This document shows, piece by piece, positions 11,830-25,133 of a DNA stretch of 64,000 nt (position 1 is the stretch's first letter; each line of letters begins with the position of its first letter). A program made the position numbers and the translations under genes. This DNA is from Camelus dromedarius (lineage: Eukaryota): positions 95,916,001 through 95,980,000 of the forward strand of contig NC_087472.1 of NCBI RefSeq assembly GCF_036321535.1, in the 5' to 3' direction. The notes below the pieces were generated by a model that saw only the letters and a program-made list of their open reading frames with translations, was not told the DNA's origin and searched no databases.

Positions 11830-12310
11830 GTTAAAAATAATAATGCCCAAATGCTGCAAAGGAAGTAGTAAAACTGGTACATAAGTTGGGATAACCCATT
11901 AAGAAAGTAAAGCAGCACCATGAATCATGACCACATTGTACTTATGCACTGGGATATGTACTGTCGATAATAAGTATTTCAAAAAAACAAAAAAGAATTT
12001 AAGCAGGAAAATAATTCATCACAATTTTCTGGTAAAGAGATACTGAAAGTAGCCTAAAATGTCCAGTGAGAGGAATGGTTAAATCTGTGTTTAAACGGTT
12101 GGTACTGAAAATTCAGTAGCAACACAGACATTCAACAAAAGACAAACATGATGCAAAAGCGTATCTTCGTTATGACTGAAACCACATAAACATATATATG
12201 GATATGCAAAAGAACACAGAAACACACAACAATGATGGTAAGCCATTTGTCGTTCTTGATTTGCTAAATTTTGTGAAACAGTATATTATCTTAAAATTAA
12301 AATAAAAAGC
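11830..12310 (+). mobile_element. Highly diverged L1ME-type fragment
   Basis: A-rich sequence with degenerate L1 3' motifs (agcctaaaatgtccagtgagaggaatggttaaat). Confidence 0.45.
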
Positions 12311-13270
12311 TACCATGACTTTTAAAATATTTTCATATAATTAGCCTGTGTATCAACTCTTTTCAGCGAAAAGATCTGAAGTCGACACTTGGTTTATAAA
12401 ACTGGCCTGTGAGTTAAAAAATTAAGTAAATCAATGCCAGGTTCCCTATTCTCACTCTTTTCCCACCCAGATCCTTACAAATCCGTGGACCAGATAAATT
12501 TGCAAAGTGAGACACATTACAGTCCTGTATCAGTGAGGTAGACTGCACATCATCATTTTACAGGTTCTGAGACAATCTGCTATAAGTCCTGTTTAACCTT
12601 GGTGAGCTCAGAGATTCCTAGAGGCATTTGATGACAAAACCCTCTTTGCCCAGGAGATCTTCAAACATTCCTCTCCCCACAGTTTGGGAAATGCTGCTTG
12701 GGGCCATGATGCTCAAAGAAGGAGTGACACAGAGAAGGCATCTTCATTATCAGGAAAGTGTTTCCAGACTATGTGCTCCCCAGATGGGAGTCACCCGTGA
12801 TAGCCTGCTTATCCCTCAGGTGTATGTACTAAGATCGAGAAAACGCTCAAGAACCACTCATCTGTGCAGCTACTTAGAAACGATGGAATTCCATACAAAT
12901 CAAATAAGCCCTTTCTGGTACAGGTTTGGGAGGTTTTCTGGCCCTTAAGAAGGGGTTCTGATCTAGTCTGAAGATAACGGCAGTTTCAAAAGGAATGGTA
13001 TCTCTTCTCTGGAGTTAAGAAGGGGCAACCAAAGATATCTGAGTAACCTGTATGGGAACTAGTCAGTTTCCCTTTTAAATATAAATACATACTATTCATG
13101 ATGTGAAAAATAAAGCTTATATCTCTGAAATCTGGATCATTTCCTTAAATACATGTGTGCGGTAGTAGGGCGTCACCATAGAGCAAATGCCAAATACCCA
13201 CTTCCCAGAGCTAAGGGGCAGGCACCCCCCCCACCCCCACCCCATTCCCGCATATTCTGCAACCCGTTAC

Positions 13271-13387
13271 CTCCGGCCGCAGTGTGGCTCTCATGCAGAC
13301 TTGACAAAGAGGTCCATTTCGGGAGAACTGAAGTGGAAGGTGTCGAGTTCGATTTTGACATGTTGGCTCCTCACAAATCAACCAGCC
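13271..13387 (-). CDS. POLA1: POLA1 coding exon, 117 nt, phase 0-0 (about human exon 35); CysB metal-binding motif
   Basis: Acceptor ttctctttttatctccag|GGC at 13389-13388 and donor GAG|gtaacg at 13270. Translation [39 protein letters not shown] (part of ORF 13211..13408). Confidence 0.97.
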
Positions 13388-13764
13388 CTGGAGATAAAAA
13401 GAGAACACTTCAGTCCTAGCACTACCATCAACAAATAAGAAATCAAAACCCCTTCGTGATCAAGATAGACTCATTTCATTCAAACGTTCCTTAGAGATCT
13501 GGAAACAGCTCCCTACCCTTCTTTCCTAACATGTAAATTTGATCTATGCCCCAAACTTAAAAGTTATAAAATTCATAAAGTTAAGGAAAAAAATCACTGA
13601 GACATTATTCCCTTTTATTAAAAGAAATCCCTTTGAAAACATCAAAACCTCCCAATAAAAACTTGTATGATTAAATGCAGAATGTAAACTGATGGGTTTT
13701 AGTTCACTGGTAAAGACCGTTACCAAAGTAAGGAGTATACCATGTAGAAATGAACGACTTTCCC

Positions 13765-13935
13765 AATAGCTGAGTGACTACTGGCTAGTTACTTAATTGC
13801 TATGATCAATCTCCTTCTCTATAAAATGGGGATGATGATAACACTTACTGTATAGGTTTGTTGTAATGTGATACATTTAGAGTGCCTAGAACTATCCCTG
13901 GCATAAAAGAAACACTTTCAAATGTAAGCAATTGT
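13765..13935 (+). mobile_element. MIR SINE
   Basis: tagctgagtgact...ctataaaatggggatgatgataacac...agagtgcctagaactatccctggcata. Confidence 0.75.
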
Positions 13936-15376
13936 TTTATTTTAAATGAAAACAGATTCTTTTACACCTGCTCTCTAGGGGCATAAAACTATCTGAAAAA
14001 ATGTCTTCAAGGACAACTTCAACTGACCACTCCTTTCCAGTGGTTTTGAATAGCCGTCGCCCATGTCTCTGGTCTTCAGAACCCTCTTCTCACTTTCCTG
14101 CTTCAGTTACTCTCCCCCGCTGCTCTTGTTTGAATTTTCTCATGGAGGTGTGATAACAAAACACCTGCTACCTTACAACAGCACTATGTCTGCTACAGAG
14201 CGAATCTGTTACACACGGAAGGCAAGACTTCACGTGGGGTTGAGCAAAGCTCAGCTGTTCCCACGAAGGCACCAGGGTTTGCGGGCTTTGGGGCTGTATG
14301 TATTAGGCATGAGATGCCTAAGGCAAACGAGGATGAAGCGCTGCGGGGAAAAGGTGAACGAGGTATGCCCCCTTGTCACGTGGGGTTCCCATCTGGGGAG
14401 CCGCAGGAAGGGAGCTGACTGCCTTGAGGTATTGGAGCGTTTGGTGAGGCAGAACTCCTGAACTGGTCTTGAAGAGTAAGGAGAGGTTTGGTGGCTGGAG
14501 AAGGCGGGAAAGACAACTTAGGCAGACAGAACACGTACTAAAGAATGAAGGCCAGAGAGAAGTCTGTGTGATGTGACGACGAAAGGGATCAATGACATGT
14601 TGAGCCTCAGTCCCTGTTTTTAGACAGAGCCACCTGTTGGTCTTTATCCCCAGAAAAGAGCAGTATATACACAAATGCTGCTTCACGTTGCTTTCATCTG
14701 CTCCTCATTAACGCTGCCACGTGGCGTTAACCCAAAGCGGCGGGATGGCCGCTCACCTCTGCGTTGAGGGACCTCACTCTCAGAGAGGCTCTTCCTGGAA
14801 GTCACTACAACCAAACTCAAGGGAAAGCGCCCAGAATCAGTTCTTCCAGCTCCATTTATGGCTTTCCCACCCAGAGAAAGTACATGGTAGGACTTTTTAA
14901 CTGAAAGAAAATATGCTGCCTTTAAAGAATATAAAATTCATCTAGTCAATACATTCACAGTAAACTTCATTCCTATCTTCAGTCAACAACCTATTTTAAT
15001 ATTTAATGTCAACTTTTCAGGTAGCAGGTCTCCAGGAGTCCTTATGAAACCTTTAATATATGCCCAGAATTACATTAAATTTTGTGGAAAATAGGCAAAG
15101 CATCCCCAGTACCGAATTTCAGGAAATTACAATCTAAGTAGGAAACCGAAGTTCACAAACACAAAGACTAAAAGCTGTTCATCATCGACTTCACTTTAAG
15201 AATCAAGTTGTATGGTACCAACTCTTAAATGCCAAACAGCACAGAGAAGGGATGGGTCGTGTGTCTTCTACCTAGCTGAGACGTCTAACTGCTGCCACTG
15301 CAAAAGACCCTGAATCAGAAAAGAGAATCAGTGGTTCTGAGTCACAGGCAACCGTTCCAATTCCTAAGGCCTATTA

Positions 15377-15460
15377 CCACCTTTCCTTGATTTGAGGACA
15401 CATTTTTATTCGCCTTTTAATATTTCTGAAACTCAGATGCATTGACAATTGACATGTATA
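15377..15460 (+). mobile_element. TcMar-Tc2 MITE end (MER104/Kanga-like)
   Basis: TA-preceded ...cacattttt...ttttaatatttctgaaactcagatgcattgacaattga resembles the recalled MER104 terminus. Confidence 0.45.
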
Positions 15461-17579
15461 TTTAATGATGTATTTATGTTTCCTCCAAAAAACTGTTAAG
15501 TCCAGAGTACAGCTCACCAATGATGGCCTCTCAGAAGTAAAGAAACAAGATACTTTGGTTGAGCCTGTTCTAGGCACAGAGGAGACAGCGGGACAGTGGG
15601 GCTGACAGCAGCAGCAGCAGCAGGTATGACATTTTAAATGTAGCCTGTAAAACTCAAGGTGAGACTCGTGGTTTCTGGAAGTACCCATTTAGGCATATTA
15701 ATAAAGGAAACACAATTCAAGGAACCTGTGTATGAAAAACATGGGACTGGACCACTCCATCACTCATTTGGGTTTGTTACACTGTATTTGCTACCTGAGG
15801 CTTTACATCCTTGGGAATATCTATCACTGAGCATTCACAACCACAGCTATAACTCATTCAATTCTAAACAAAATGTTTTAAAAAGCAAGCAGATAGATCA
15901 GTTACCATGTTTTGAGACAATAAATTAAGTACCAGAATACAACCTGGAAGTTGAAATTATTTTTTAATTTTTAAAAATATAATGTTCAAAAATTCTCAGA
16001 TGTTTTTGAAACTCGATTCCATCAATTTACCACAACTTTATGACTCACCAGGTGAGCTGCCAACCAGGGAGATGCTAAATTGTCACCTCACCTGTTTCTA
16101 AAACAAACACCCAACTCTATCTCTGACAGAGCTACTAACTAAATGTCCCTTCAAATCATATAGAAAACAGATAATATAATTTGTCTAGACTTCCTACCAG
16201 TTATAATTAACATTAAAGAGATCTTTTCTCCTTTGTCACCTCTCTATTCAGTACTTATTTGGGTTTGTTTGTACTTACTATCTGTTAATCTCCCTTTACA
16301 AATGACAACAATAACTAGTGCTATTATGTATGGAAATTAAACACGCTGATAACTGTGTGAAGGGAACTGGGACTGAAAAAAAATATGAGAAGCCTGTAAC
16401 TCTTTATGCCTCTTGTTTTATTTTGATAATTAAGCTTTTGGTCATGGCATATTTTAAACAACTCTTCTATGGGGGAAATGGGCCCTAATCATATTCCATA
16501 TATCCTTTGCTTCCATTCAGTTTTGCCAAGTACATTTGGTTAACTCTTTGTTCCCCCAGCTGACTGACTGACTGTGCTAAATATACCTTTCCAGGAACAT
16601 TTGTGCTGTTAAAAATAAATACGCCAGGTCTTTGAAAATAGTCCATGATGGTGCAAATCTTACATTACCAGATCTCATAGTGAATTCTGCCTCCCATGGG
16701 AGATAAAAACAAAGCAAATGAAAACACTAACACTGTATAAAATTTCTTTGAATTATCACTCACAAGGACAAAACTAAGCTTATTTTCATCCCATGTCGGG
16801 AAATAATACAACCCAAAGCTACAGTGTCAAGTCAATGGAAGGAAAAAAACTTAATAAAGTGTAGTTCTTTGGAAATCCAACCTACTAAAAGGTTTGGGTT
16901 TTAATAAAAAACCCCAGAACTGCTCTAAGGATGTCTGCCATCCAAATTTGTCATTTTATTTTGCAATGCCACATGTCAATGCCAAATTGTCATAAGCAAG
17001 AGGAATAAGGCCGTTAAGTTTTCAGATGGCTACCTGAACCACATTTCTAAGTAGAGGGTTCAAAAGAGGTGAAGGCGGCCTGTTCAATAGCAAAACAAAC
17101 CTTTACCAAGTCATGCAAAGCTCTACCACCTGTTGCTTTATAGTCTCAGCATCACTAATTCCTTGAAATCATTGTGTATGAAATTGTGTCAGATCCTGAT
17201 TGGTTCTGCTTGCTAAATTATATTTCTGAGGCCTCAACTAAAATGCTTTCTGTCTGCACATGCAAAAAAGGGATAGATTTCCACTTGTAACTGAGGCGTT
17301 CATGGTAGTTGTACCTTCAACACAAACTGCTATTCATTTGTGTACATCTGTATTTTTAGAAGGACACACACACAGAAATCATCCAGACCCAGAGATGCAG
17401 TACATAGGAGGCATTCAATAACATCTTTTGAAGAAATACATGAATAGAAGCAATAAAATAAAAATGCACAGGAGCAAATTTATGGAAAATAATAAGGAAA
17501 GGGTGTACAATTCACAGGAGAAAAAAAAATCACTTTAGCTTTCATACTCTAGAATCAAATAGATGGTTGGTCCTTCTCC

Positions 17580-18090
17580 CATTTCCAGTCACCAAGTCTG
17601 TCCACTGGCCTTACAGTCCCATCCTCACTAATCTCATCCAAGCAGACTCAAAGCTGATCTCCAGCAGTAGTTCCTGCCTGGTTTCCCCAACTCAATTCTC
17701 TCCTGGATCCCATGCAAAGACTTGCCAAGTGTAGCTTCCCTAGGCTGCTCCACTCCCATCCCACAATGGAATTCCCTCCATAGAGGATTAAGAATGCCAC
17801 TTTGGGCTCATTCTTCCTTTCTCATCATTTTCGTACTCAAACTCTTCGCCCCATCAGATTGGTGTTCTCACCAACCTCATGTTTTGCCTATGGCCACCTT
17901 CTTATCTCTGCTCATGTTACAGAACCCATGCCTCAAGTGCCCATCACTTCCATTCCTCTCCTGTGACATTTTCCCAACCCACAGGGACTTCTCCCTCTAG
18001 CCCGGCTGCCATGGAGCACACTCTGCTTAGCACTGTCCCTGGATCACCTTATTTTTACCTCTCTGAGTAGATGGTCTGGCCCTCAGGGAA
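17580..18090 (+). mobile_element. Degenerate LINE-2 fragment
   Basis: Pyrimidine-rich L2-like sequence (cagtcaccaagtctg; cttccattcctctcctg). Confidence 0.45.
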
Positions 18091-18224
18091 TGGCCCAATT
18101 TTGGTAGTGCCCCCCCCCCCGCCCTTGCCAGGCTGTATCACAAAGGTTCATACTCAAAGAATACAAAATCGAGGTTATGAAAAGCTGCAGCTGAGTGAGG
18201 TCTCTCCTCTCCCATTTATTAATA

Positions 18225-18382
18225 GGTAATTCTGTATAAAGTTACCAAACCTCTCTCTGAGCCTCAGTTTCCTTGTCTATAAAACAGGAGGTAATAATGT
18301 TGACCCTATTAAGAGTTGTTCAGAGGATCGAATAAGAAAGGCTGCACAAATGTTCAGTAAATGTCAAATATTGTTATTATCC
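18225..18382 (+). mobile_element. MIR SINE
   Basis: ctctctgagcctcagtttccttgtctataaaacaggag...cagtaaatgtcaaatattgttattatc. Confidence 0.85.
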
Positions 18383-20719
18383 TCCATATGCCTCCAGTAC
18401 CGGGAACGTCAGTGCTGGACTACAGCTAATAAGATGCACTCTTCTAACCAGGAAAGAGCCTGGTCAGTTTCCACTTGGTGTTATCCCAAAATGGACAACT
18501 AGGAGGATGGGTAGCTGGTAAGATCAGGTGGAGCTGCTTCCCAACTTGATGTACAAGAATACAACTATGCAGTCAACAGAAGTGAAATCTCCATGTTTTT
18601 CCTGATAAAACTGTAACGGATTTGAAGTTATAGGTGGCAGAACAGACAGTGAGGGAAGTGCTTTATTTTGTGATGCACAGAGACTTTCAAGGGACAATGA
18701 CACAGTAGCGCAGTGACGTACGATTTCATTCAAACTGTAATGGCTCTCCAGAAGTGAGGCGACAACCAAAAAAAAAAAACCAAAAAACAAAAAACAAAAA
18801 AACCTAACAAAAAAAGAAGTATGGCGACAGGGCCACAGGGCAAGGTCTGCCAGCATGCGTGGTCTCACAGAGTTCATCATACCATTACTGTTTTTCCATA
18901 ATGGCCATTAGCTGCTCCTCTCCCCAAACTATATGCACTTTGAGAACATCAGAAACTTTTTTCACCCAAAACCATTTATAAATGTTCTGAGGTTCCCTTG
19001 CAGGCACAGTTTTCTGTCACAGAATTATCCCCAGTGTAAAATGGGTCTTCTTATAGACCGTGCACAGTATGGGCCCACAGCTGCTTTTGAAGAATGACAT
19101 GTTGTGATTTGGGATTTCCAGAAATATCATAAAAAAAAAATTGCTTTCTGACCCACATTTGCACCCAACACTGGGAGAAAATTTTCCTAAGATCTCCAGG
19201 GGAAGTTTTAACAGGAACATAATTTTGCATTTAAAGTTAAATCTTCTACACTGCAGCATGCTGGCCTGTCAAAGAATGATTATTAAGTCTCAGAGAGGGG
19301 CCAGGGTATGAGACAAAAGAGCAAATGAGGAAAAAGACATATATTAACTATTCAACAAAGTTAATTCAAAAATATTTATAACAAAATTATCAAACAAAAC
19401 AGAAGTGGCAAGTGCCTCATCGGTCAATGTAAGAATTTTTAGTATTATTAAAATTGATTTTTAAAGTAAGACATCTCTTTAAATGAACAGTCACATGTCA
19501 TTTCATCCAAGTTGTTTGAAACTTATTGATCTCATCATTTGTGCGAGGACCAGACTCTGCCATCAGTTTGCTGAAAGGATAATGGAGCACTCCCAAACTG
19601 TTATGATAGGTTAGATGCAAACAGCGGTCCTCATTTAAACACAGAGAACAGCACTACAGTGGACAAATTCCAACCTCAGCGATTGTATATTACAAGATAA
19701 ATTAGCAAGTTGTTCTGCTTTGCCTCACATCGAATCCAATACCATAGCCTTGTTATTTTAATTTGCAATCAGAGGTTGAGCATCACAAGATGTACCTGAG
19801 GTACATTAAAGAGACCCACGCAAGCCGCCTTCTCCAGCTATACTGTGAGCAGAGAAAGCCAACAATTACCAGCAATTTTATTTTACCACTGTAGGACAAT
19901 ACTAGAACAGTTAAAATCGTCTCCCTGAAGCAACAGGGAAAATATACTTAAAATGACTTTATATGGAAAATTACATTTTGGGGGAAAAAGTTCAACGGAG
20001 GACATGTATCTTTCTGTATGGGCAGCTAAAGCCTCTCTTAGTATATTCAAGCCTATTCTCTAAAATACTCTCCCTATTCATCCAACTCAAAAGCAAGCTA
20101 CATTCTTAGGCGATAATAGGTCACAACTAAGTACACAGTACCTTGCTTCAGGAATAATTTTGCTTTGTCTGTCAACTGTCAACAAAGCACAAAGAGCTCA
20201 TGCAACCCAGCCATGTACTGGGGATGTTAGAGCTCTAACAAAACACAAATAGTAAGAACATAAGATTTCCAAGCAGCCCTGCTTTCACCTTGTATGAGAA
20301 ATTGAAAGCATTTTCCTCTCCACATTCCATTAATCCCTATTGTACTACAAATCTTTTCATAAAAGACTCTTTTTTCCCTATGTGAAGCTACAAGTGACCT
20401 GGGGATGTAATATTCCAACCATGATGAATGTCCAGCTTTCCAACATGAGTGGTTATAAACGGATGTGTCAGTTAAGGTAGACAGTCATTTCAACAAGGAA
20501 AAAAGAAAGAATCAAATGGAATGAGATAGTAAAATGGCTACTCTGATGCTGACATTAATATTTTAGTGACGAAGCCTCTAAGAAAAATTGTTCATTACTT
20601 CCACCGAGGCTCCTGCCTCTGAAGTCCTCACTCTTGAAAAAAACATTAGCTTAGGTAAGTATACACACTAACCAATAAACCTTGAAAGTTAACCCAAGGC
20701 TTAGTTTCACAAATATGTA

Positions 20720-20850
20720 CACAGAAAAAAAAAGACTGGAAGGAAATACTCTAAAATGCCATCACTGGTTATGTTTAGGTAGTTTCTTCTGTTTCTGTAT
20801 TGTCTAAATTTTCTACAGTAAGTGTATATTGTTTTTATAATCAGAAAACT
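20720..20850 (+). mobile_element. L1ME 3' end fragment
   Basis: aaaaagactggaaggaaatac...ctaaattttctacagtaagtgtatattgtttttataatcagaaaa. Confidence 0.65.
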
Positions 20851-21039
20851 GCTACTAATGAGTAAAGAGACAGTTTTGCTAAGAGTGTTCAATATAACTG
20901 AATCACTGACACATTTGAAAATATTTTGAGCTATATATCATGTGTTTGGTTGTTTCCAAGATGAACTTTCAGGGAATGTGCTTATGGAAAAAAAGGCACA
21001 TAAAAGATATTTTCTTTGAAAAAAAATTTTTTCCTATCA

Positions 21040-21820
21040 GAAATTTCAAAAATAGTTCAATCTAAGCACAGAAGCAGTTTAAAAGAAGAAAGTGACAGGG
21101 CATGTATTAGTAGTGTTCGACTCATTTATGAAATTAAACCACTCCCTAAAATGCACACAGCCTTCCATGGAATATGATTGGAATACTTTTCTTTATGATG
21201 GTGGAGCTCTGAAGGTAGGTAATAAATCAGTTTTGGAGAGAGGTGCTTTGTTCCCCAGGCCCCTCCCCCATCTTTATTTGGTGTACACATGGATCAGCTC
21301 AGATGTCCAGGGTGGGAATCAAAAAAAAATTTCAATCAGGAGGGCACGCCTAGGAACTTATTACTAGCAGAATTTCTTTTCTTTGCTCAAGCCTAGCTAA
21401 AAGTAATTTTTATTGTTTGTTTGTTTGGAGGCTAGTATTTATTGGCACGGTTCAATGTGATACGCCTTTGGGTACTGAACAACAAATGTTAAGACTGAAC
21501 TATGTATGCAATTGCCTCAAAGGGCATCTTAAAATCAGAATGGACTTCAAACCATCATCCGGCAATGTTTGTTCATTTAACTTTAATTATTTTCTCCTTG
21601 AGAATGGTACTAATGAAACTGAATATCTTCCATGGTTTCGAAGGGCCATCTGAATAGTCTGTAAACAGAACTAAGGGTAGACAAGAGATCTGGCTGAGCC
21701 AGGGGGTTGCTAGGTGATGCAGAATGTAAACCCACAAACTTGTTAAAGTTTGCTTTGCTTTCATGCCACTTTCACACACTCAAAAGTTTTGAGAACTGAT
21801 TTTTCAGGTGGCCATTAAAA
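21040..21820. promoter_or_regulatory. Candidate ultraconserved element (uc.462-like)
   Basis: About 780 bp of repeat-free complex sequence bounded by low-complexity A/C runs, with TGTAAACA (21660), GCCATCTG (21645) and TTAATTA motifs. Lies about 8 kb 5' of the 117-nt exon. Identity is positional inference only. Confidence 0.45.
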
Positions 21821-24800
21821 AAAAAGAAGAGGAACCCCCCCCCCCGAAATTCTCCCCCAGATGCTCTGCCGGATTCAGAAGAGATGAAATCCATCTGACC
21901 CTTGGCTGTAACCTGGGAAACTTTGGGTTTTACATAAATGTTGGATCATGTATTTTATGACTATCTACCCTTTGAGAAGCAAATCCACAAAAGTGGATTT
22001 TCCAATTTCAAAACGACATTTCTAGTCTTTTCTTATTCAACCTGGAATAAAATTAAGATTTTTCCTCCAGGGGAAAAAAAATACTGCAGTCACAGCTTAG
22101 AGGGATTTGGGGCACAAAACCCACATCCCCATGGCAAATACCTCAGCAAAGATTACCATCGTGACGGACCTTTCGGCTCGGCCCCTCACAACCCTCTCCT
22201 GGCCTCTACACCAAGTCTGACTGCCTGTGAGGCTACTCCCGCCCACCTCCTCCCTCAAGCTCCTTTTTAAGTAGCTGATCAGAGATTGTCCAGTAAGAGC
22301 ACTTTATTAGATCATCAGCCAGAGGGGTTCACAAGTACTGAGAGCAATGGGCTCAAATGTGGCACATCAGTTTTAATAGACCAGGGGCTACTAGTAAACT
22401 GCAGATACTGCTGAGAACTTTCCATGCACTGAACTCTTGAAAAAGCACCGTCTCTCCAGCTTAAATGCAGCTGCCTCTTTCAATGCCGCAAATGGGTAAA
22501 TTTGACAAAAAAGCCACCATTAAGACTACATGAAAGGCTCAAGACAACATCCTTTCAATGCTTTGTACTTCAGTAATCAGATGTACTTACTCACCCCCTC
22601 CCCCAAACCCGATCAAGAACTATTTCTGAATGGTAGGAAATAATTCCACTTTGTACATCTTTTAGTTAATCAAGACTTTCTATTCAGCAATTTGACCTTT
22701 TGTTCAAAACAGGATTATCAGTTTTTTCGCCAGTTACCAAGGGCGACTCGCATGGTGAACATAATTGCAATAATTTGCAAAACACCATGGCAACCCACAT
22801 TACAACTAGGTAAATACTGGGCTTTTGTGCTACATTGTTATTTTCAGAGATGCTGAAGTCAAAGAACGAATGACAAATGAACACAAAATTTATATTTGCT
22901 TTGTCTCAAAAGAGAAGAAAATTGATAACAAGAATTGGGGGGAAACCGACTACAGCTGTAATTTCTAACTTGATTAATTAGGATGGTAACAGTCCTTAAC
23001 AGTATATTCAACAAACAGCCCTGACTTCGTCTCTCCACCCACCTCTCTCTATACCACTACTAGTATCCCCCCAACCCCAGACAAATTTTTTCAGCTTGGA
23101 GAACAAACATCCCCCATTTGCTCTTTTCTTCAACTTAATGGAATCCTTAATTGCAGAATATTGTTCTCCTGCTCTTCACGGCAATGAAAACGGAGAGAAA
23201 GGAGGAGAGTGCCAGGGCAGACAGGGAGCTACAGTCATTTTTTTTTTTTTCTGCCTCTTTTGGACACCCCAGGCCCAATGATGAGACGGCATTTTTCTGG
23301 TATCAGCAGCTGTTTCGTAGCAGACAATAAAGTAAAAACTATTTAGCTCTGCAGAAAAGCCACTTCTTTCCTCTTGGCAATACAAGGTAAGTCTACACGC
23401 CGAGATGAAGTTTCATAATTTGAATGCCAGAATGTAAGATGAGAAAATGATGATAATTTTAAAAACCATACATTTTTCCTGTAAAGAAATGATTAACTGT
23501 GGTTCTTTCCAAAAAGCTGTTGAAATGCATGTGTTTGCTATTTGTGGAAGACGTTGAACAATATCACCAATGTGCTGAAAACCACTTTGTACTCAGAGAG
23601 CCCCATTCACAGAACAATCTAAAAATATAAACTTAGTATTCAGAAATTAATAGAAAAATCAAAATCGTATTTTTCATAAACATGGTCTTAAAAATAGTAT
23701 TATCATCTTTTCTGAAATAAATGTGATGATGAGGAAAGTTATATCAGAATTGTTTTACTTAGGTATGAAAGGCAGGTTCTACTTTATGGTAAAGGAGCAG
23801 TTTTTTTAAGAGGCACAAATTCTGTTATATTGCCTAGCTTTAGGGAAATTACCAAAATTGACTCTTCCATGTAAAAATGTAACGTTTGGGGATGAGAAAA
23901 GAAAAATACACAGAAAGGGCTTGCAGAAGTTATCCTGCCGAGATCTCGAAAAAGAAGAAGCACCAGACGCACTCTCAACACAGCCCAGAGCAAAAGCAGT
24001 CTCTCAAATGATCTGCATATACAGTCCCGCTAACTTTTGAAAAATCAAATGAACCTGATACTATAATAGGTCCATTCTTATTTCGTCAGGGCTGAAAACT
24101 CCTAGACAGATGTCCAAGATTCAGCTTAGAGAAATCACAATATAACACTCTTCAGAATATGCCTCTGAAATTACAGATACTGTGATTTCTCCCGAGAAGA
24201 AATCAGACTTTGATGTTAACTCTTTCTCAGTCAGTGACAACCTCTTTATATTTGGAAAATATATTTTATTTTCTGGCTTAGTTCATTCCAAATTTACCAT
24301 GCCTGTATTAAGTGCATTCATATCTAAAGCCCAAGTGTTAAGAGGAAATGTATCCCTTAATGCCCAATGATAAAGGGCTCAACAACCCTTCAGTATATTT
24401 TGATCAGACCCAGTGCTAGATCACAAAGTGGGCCTAAAATCCCCTTGACACTTGAACTTCTTTAAGAAACCCTTATATATAAATGAAATACTTTATAAGC
24501 TATCAGGAATTTCTTCACTTAGAACATTTTACTCAGTATACGTGCTTCCCTCCTGCCCCAACCTTTCGCAGTTTCTGTGGTTCTGCGGCTTTGTGGTTCC
24601 AGGGTTGGTTTTTTTTTTTTCCCCTTTTCTCTTCTTTTTCTTCTTCTCTCTCTTTTATTTCCCCCTCAACTGGACAGGACACTTCTGGACATCTATCTGT
24701 GAATTGCAACATCCAAGCCTCTGTGATGCCAAAAAGATTACCCAAATTCCAAAATCAGGAATGGCAAATACCTAGCAGGTGGATTGCATTCCGTGTCCAA

Positions 24801-24861
24801 CTCCACCCCCATGGCAGAGACAGGATGAAAACTGGCCCCACCCTGCATCCCTCTTGCTCTA

Positions 24862-25133
24862 GAATTCTCAACTCTGGCTGCACAGTGGAATCACTAGGGG
24901 AACGTTACAACACAGACTGCTGAGCACCACCTCAGGGCTTCTGATTCAGCCGGTCTTGGAGTGGGGCCTGAGAACATGCATCTCTAACAAGCTCCGAGGT
25001 GATATGACTTACTGCTGCTCCTGGTCTGGGGACGACACTTCGAGAACCACCAGTCTGAGGTACAGAATAGGCATCGAGATGCTTAAAAGTTCCCCAAGTG
25101 AAGCCAACGTGTGGCTACAGTTGAGATCCACTG
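24862..25133. mobile_element. MER5A/MER5B composite (hAT-Charlie MITEs)
   Basis: ttctcaactctggctgcacagtggaatcac; ttctgattcagc...ggggcctgagaacatgcatctctaacaagctcc; two terminal repeats gagaaccacc and gttgagatccactg. Confidence 0.8.

Noticed and set aside
15608..15628. (CAG)5 followed by a donor-like GTATGA on the plus strand
   Set aside because: Too short, antisense to POLA1, and no supporting exon structure.
24452..24923. Overlapping 107- and 146-aa ORFs
   Set aside because: Produced by a T/C low-complexity tract running into MER5; no coding signature.
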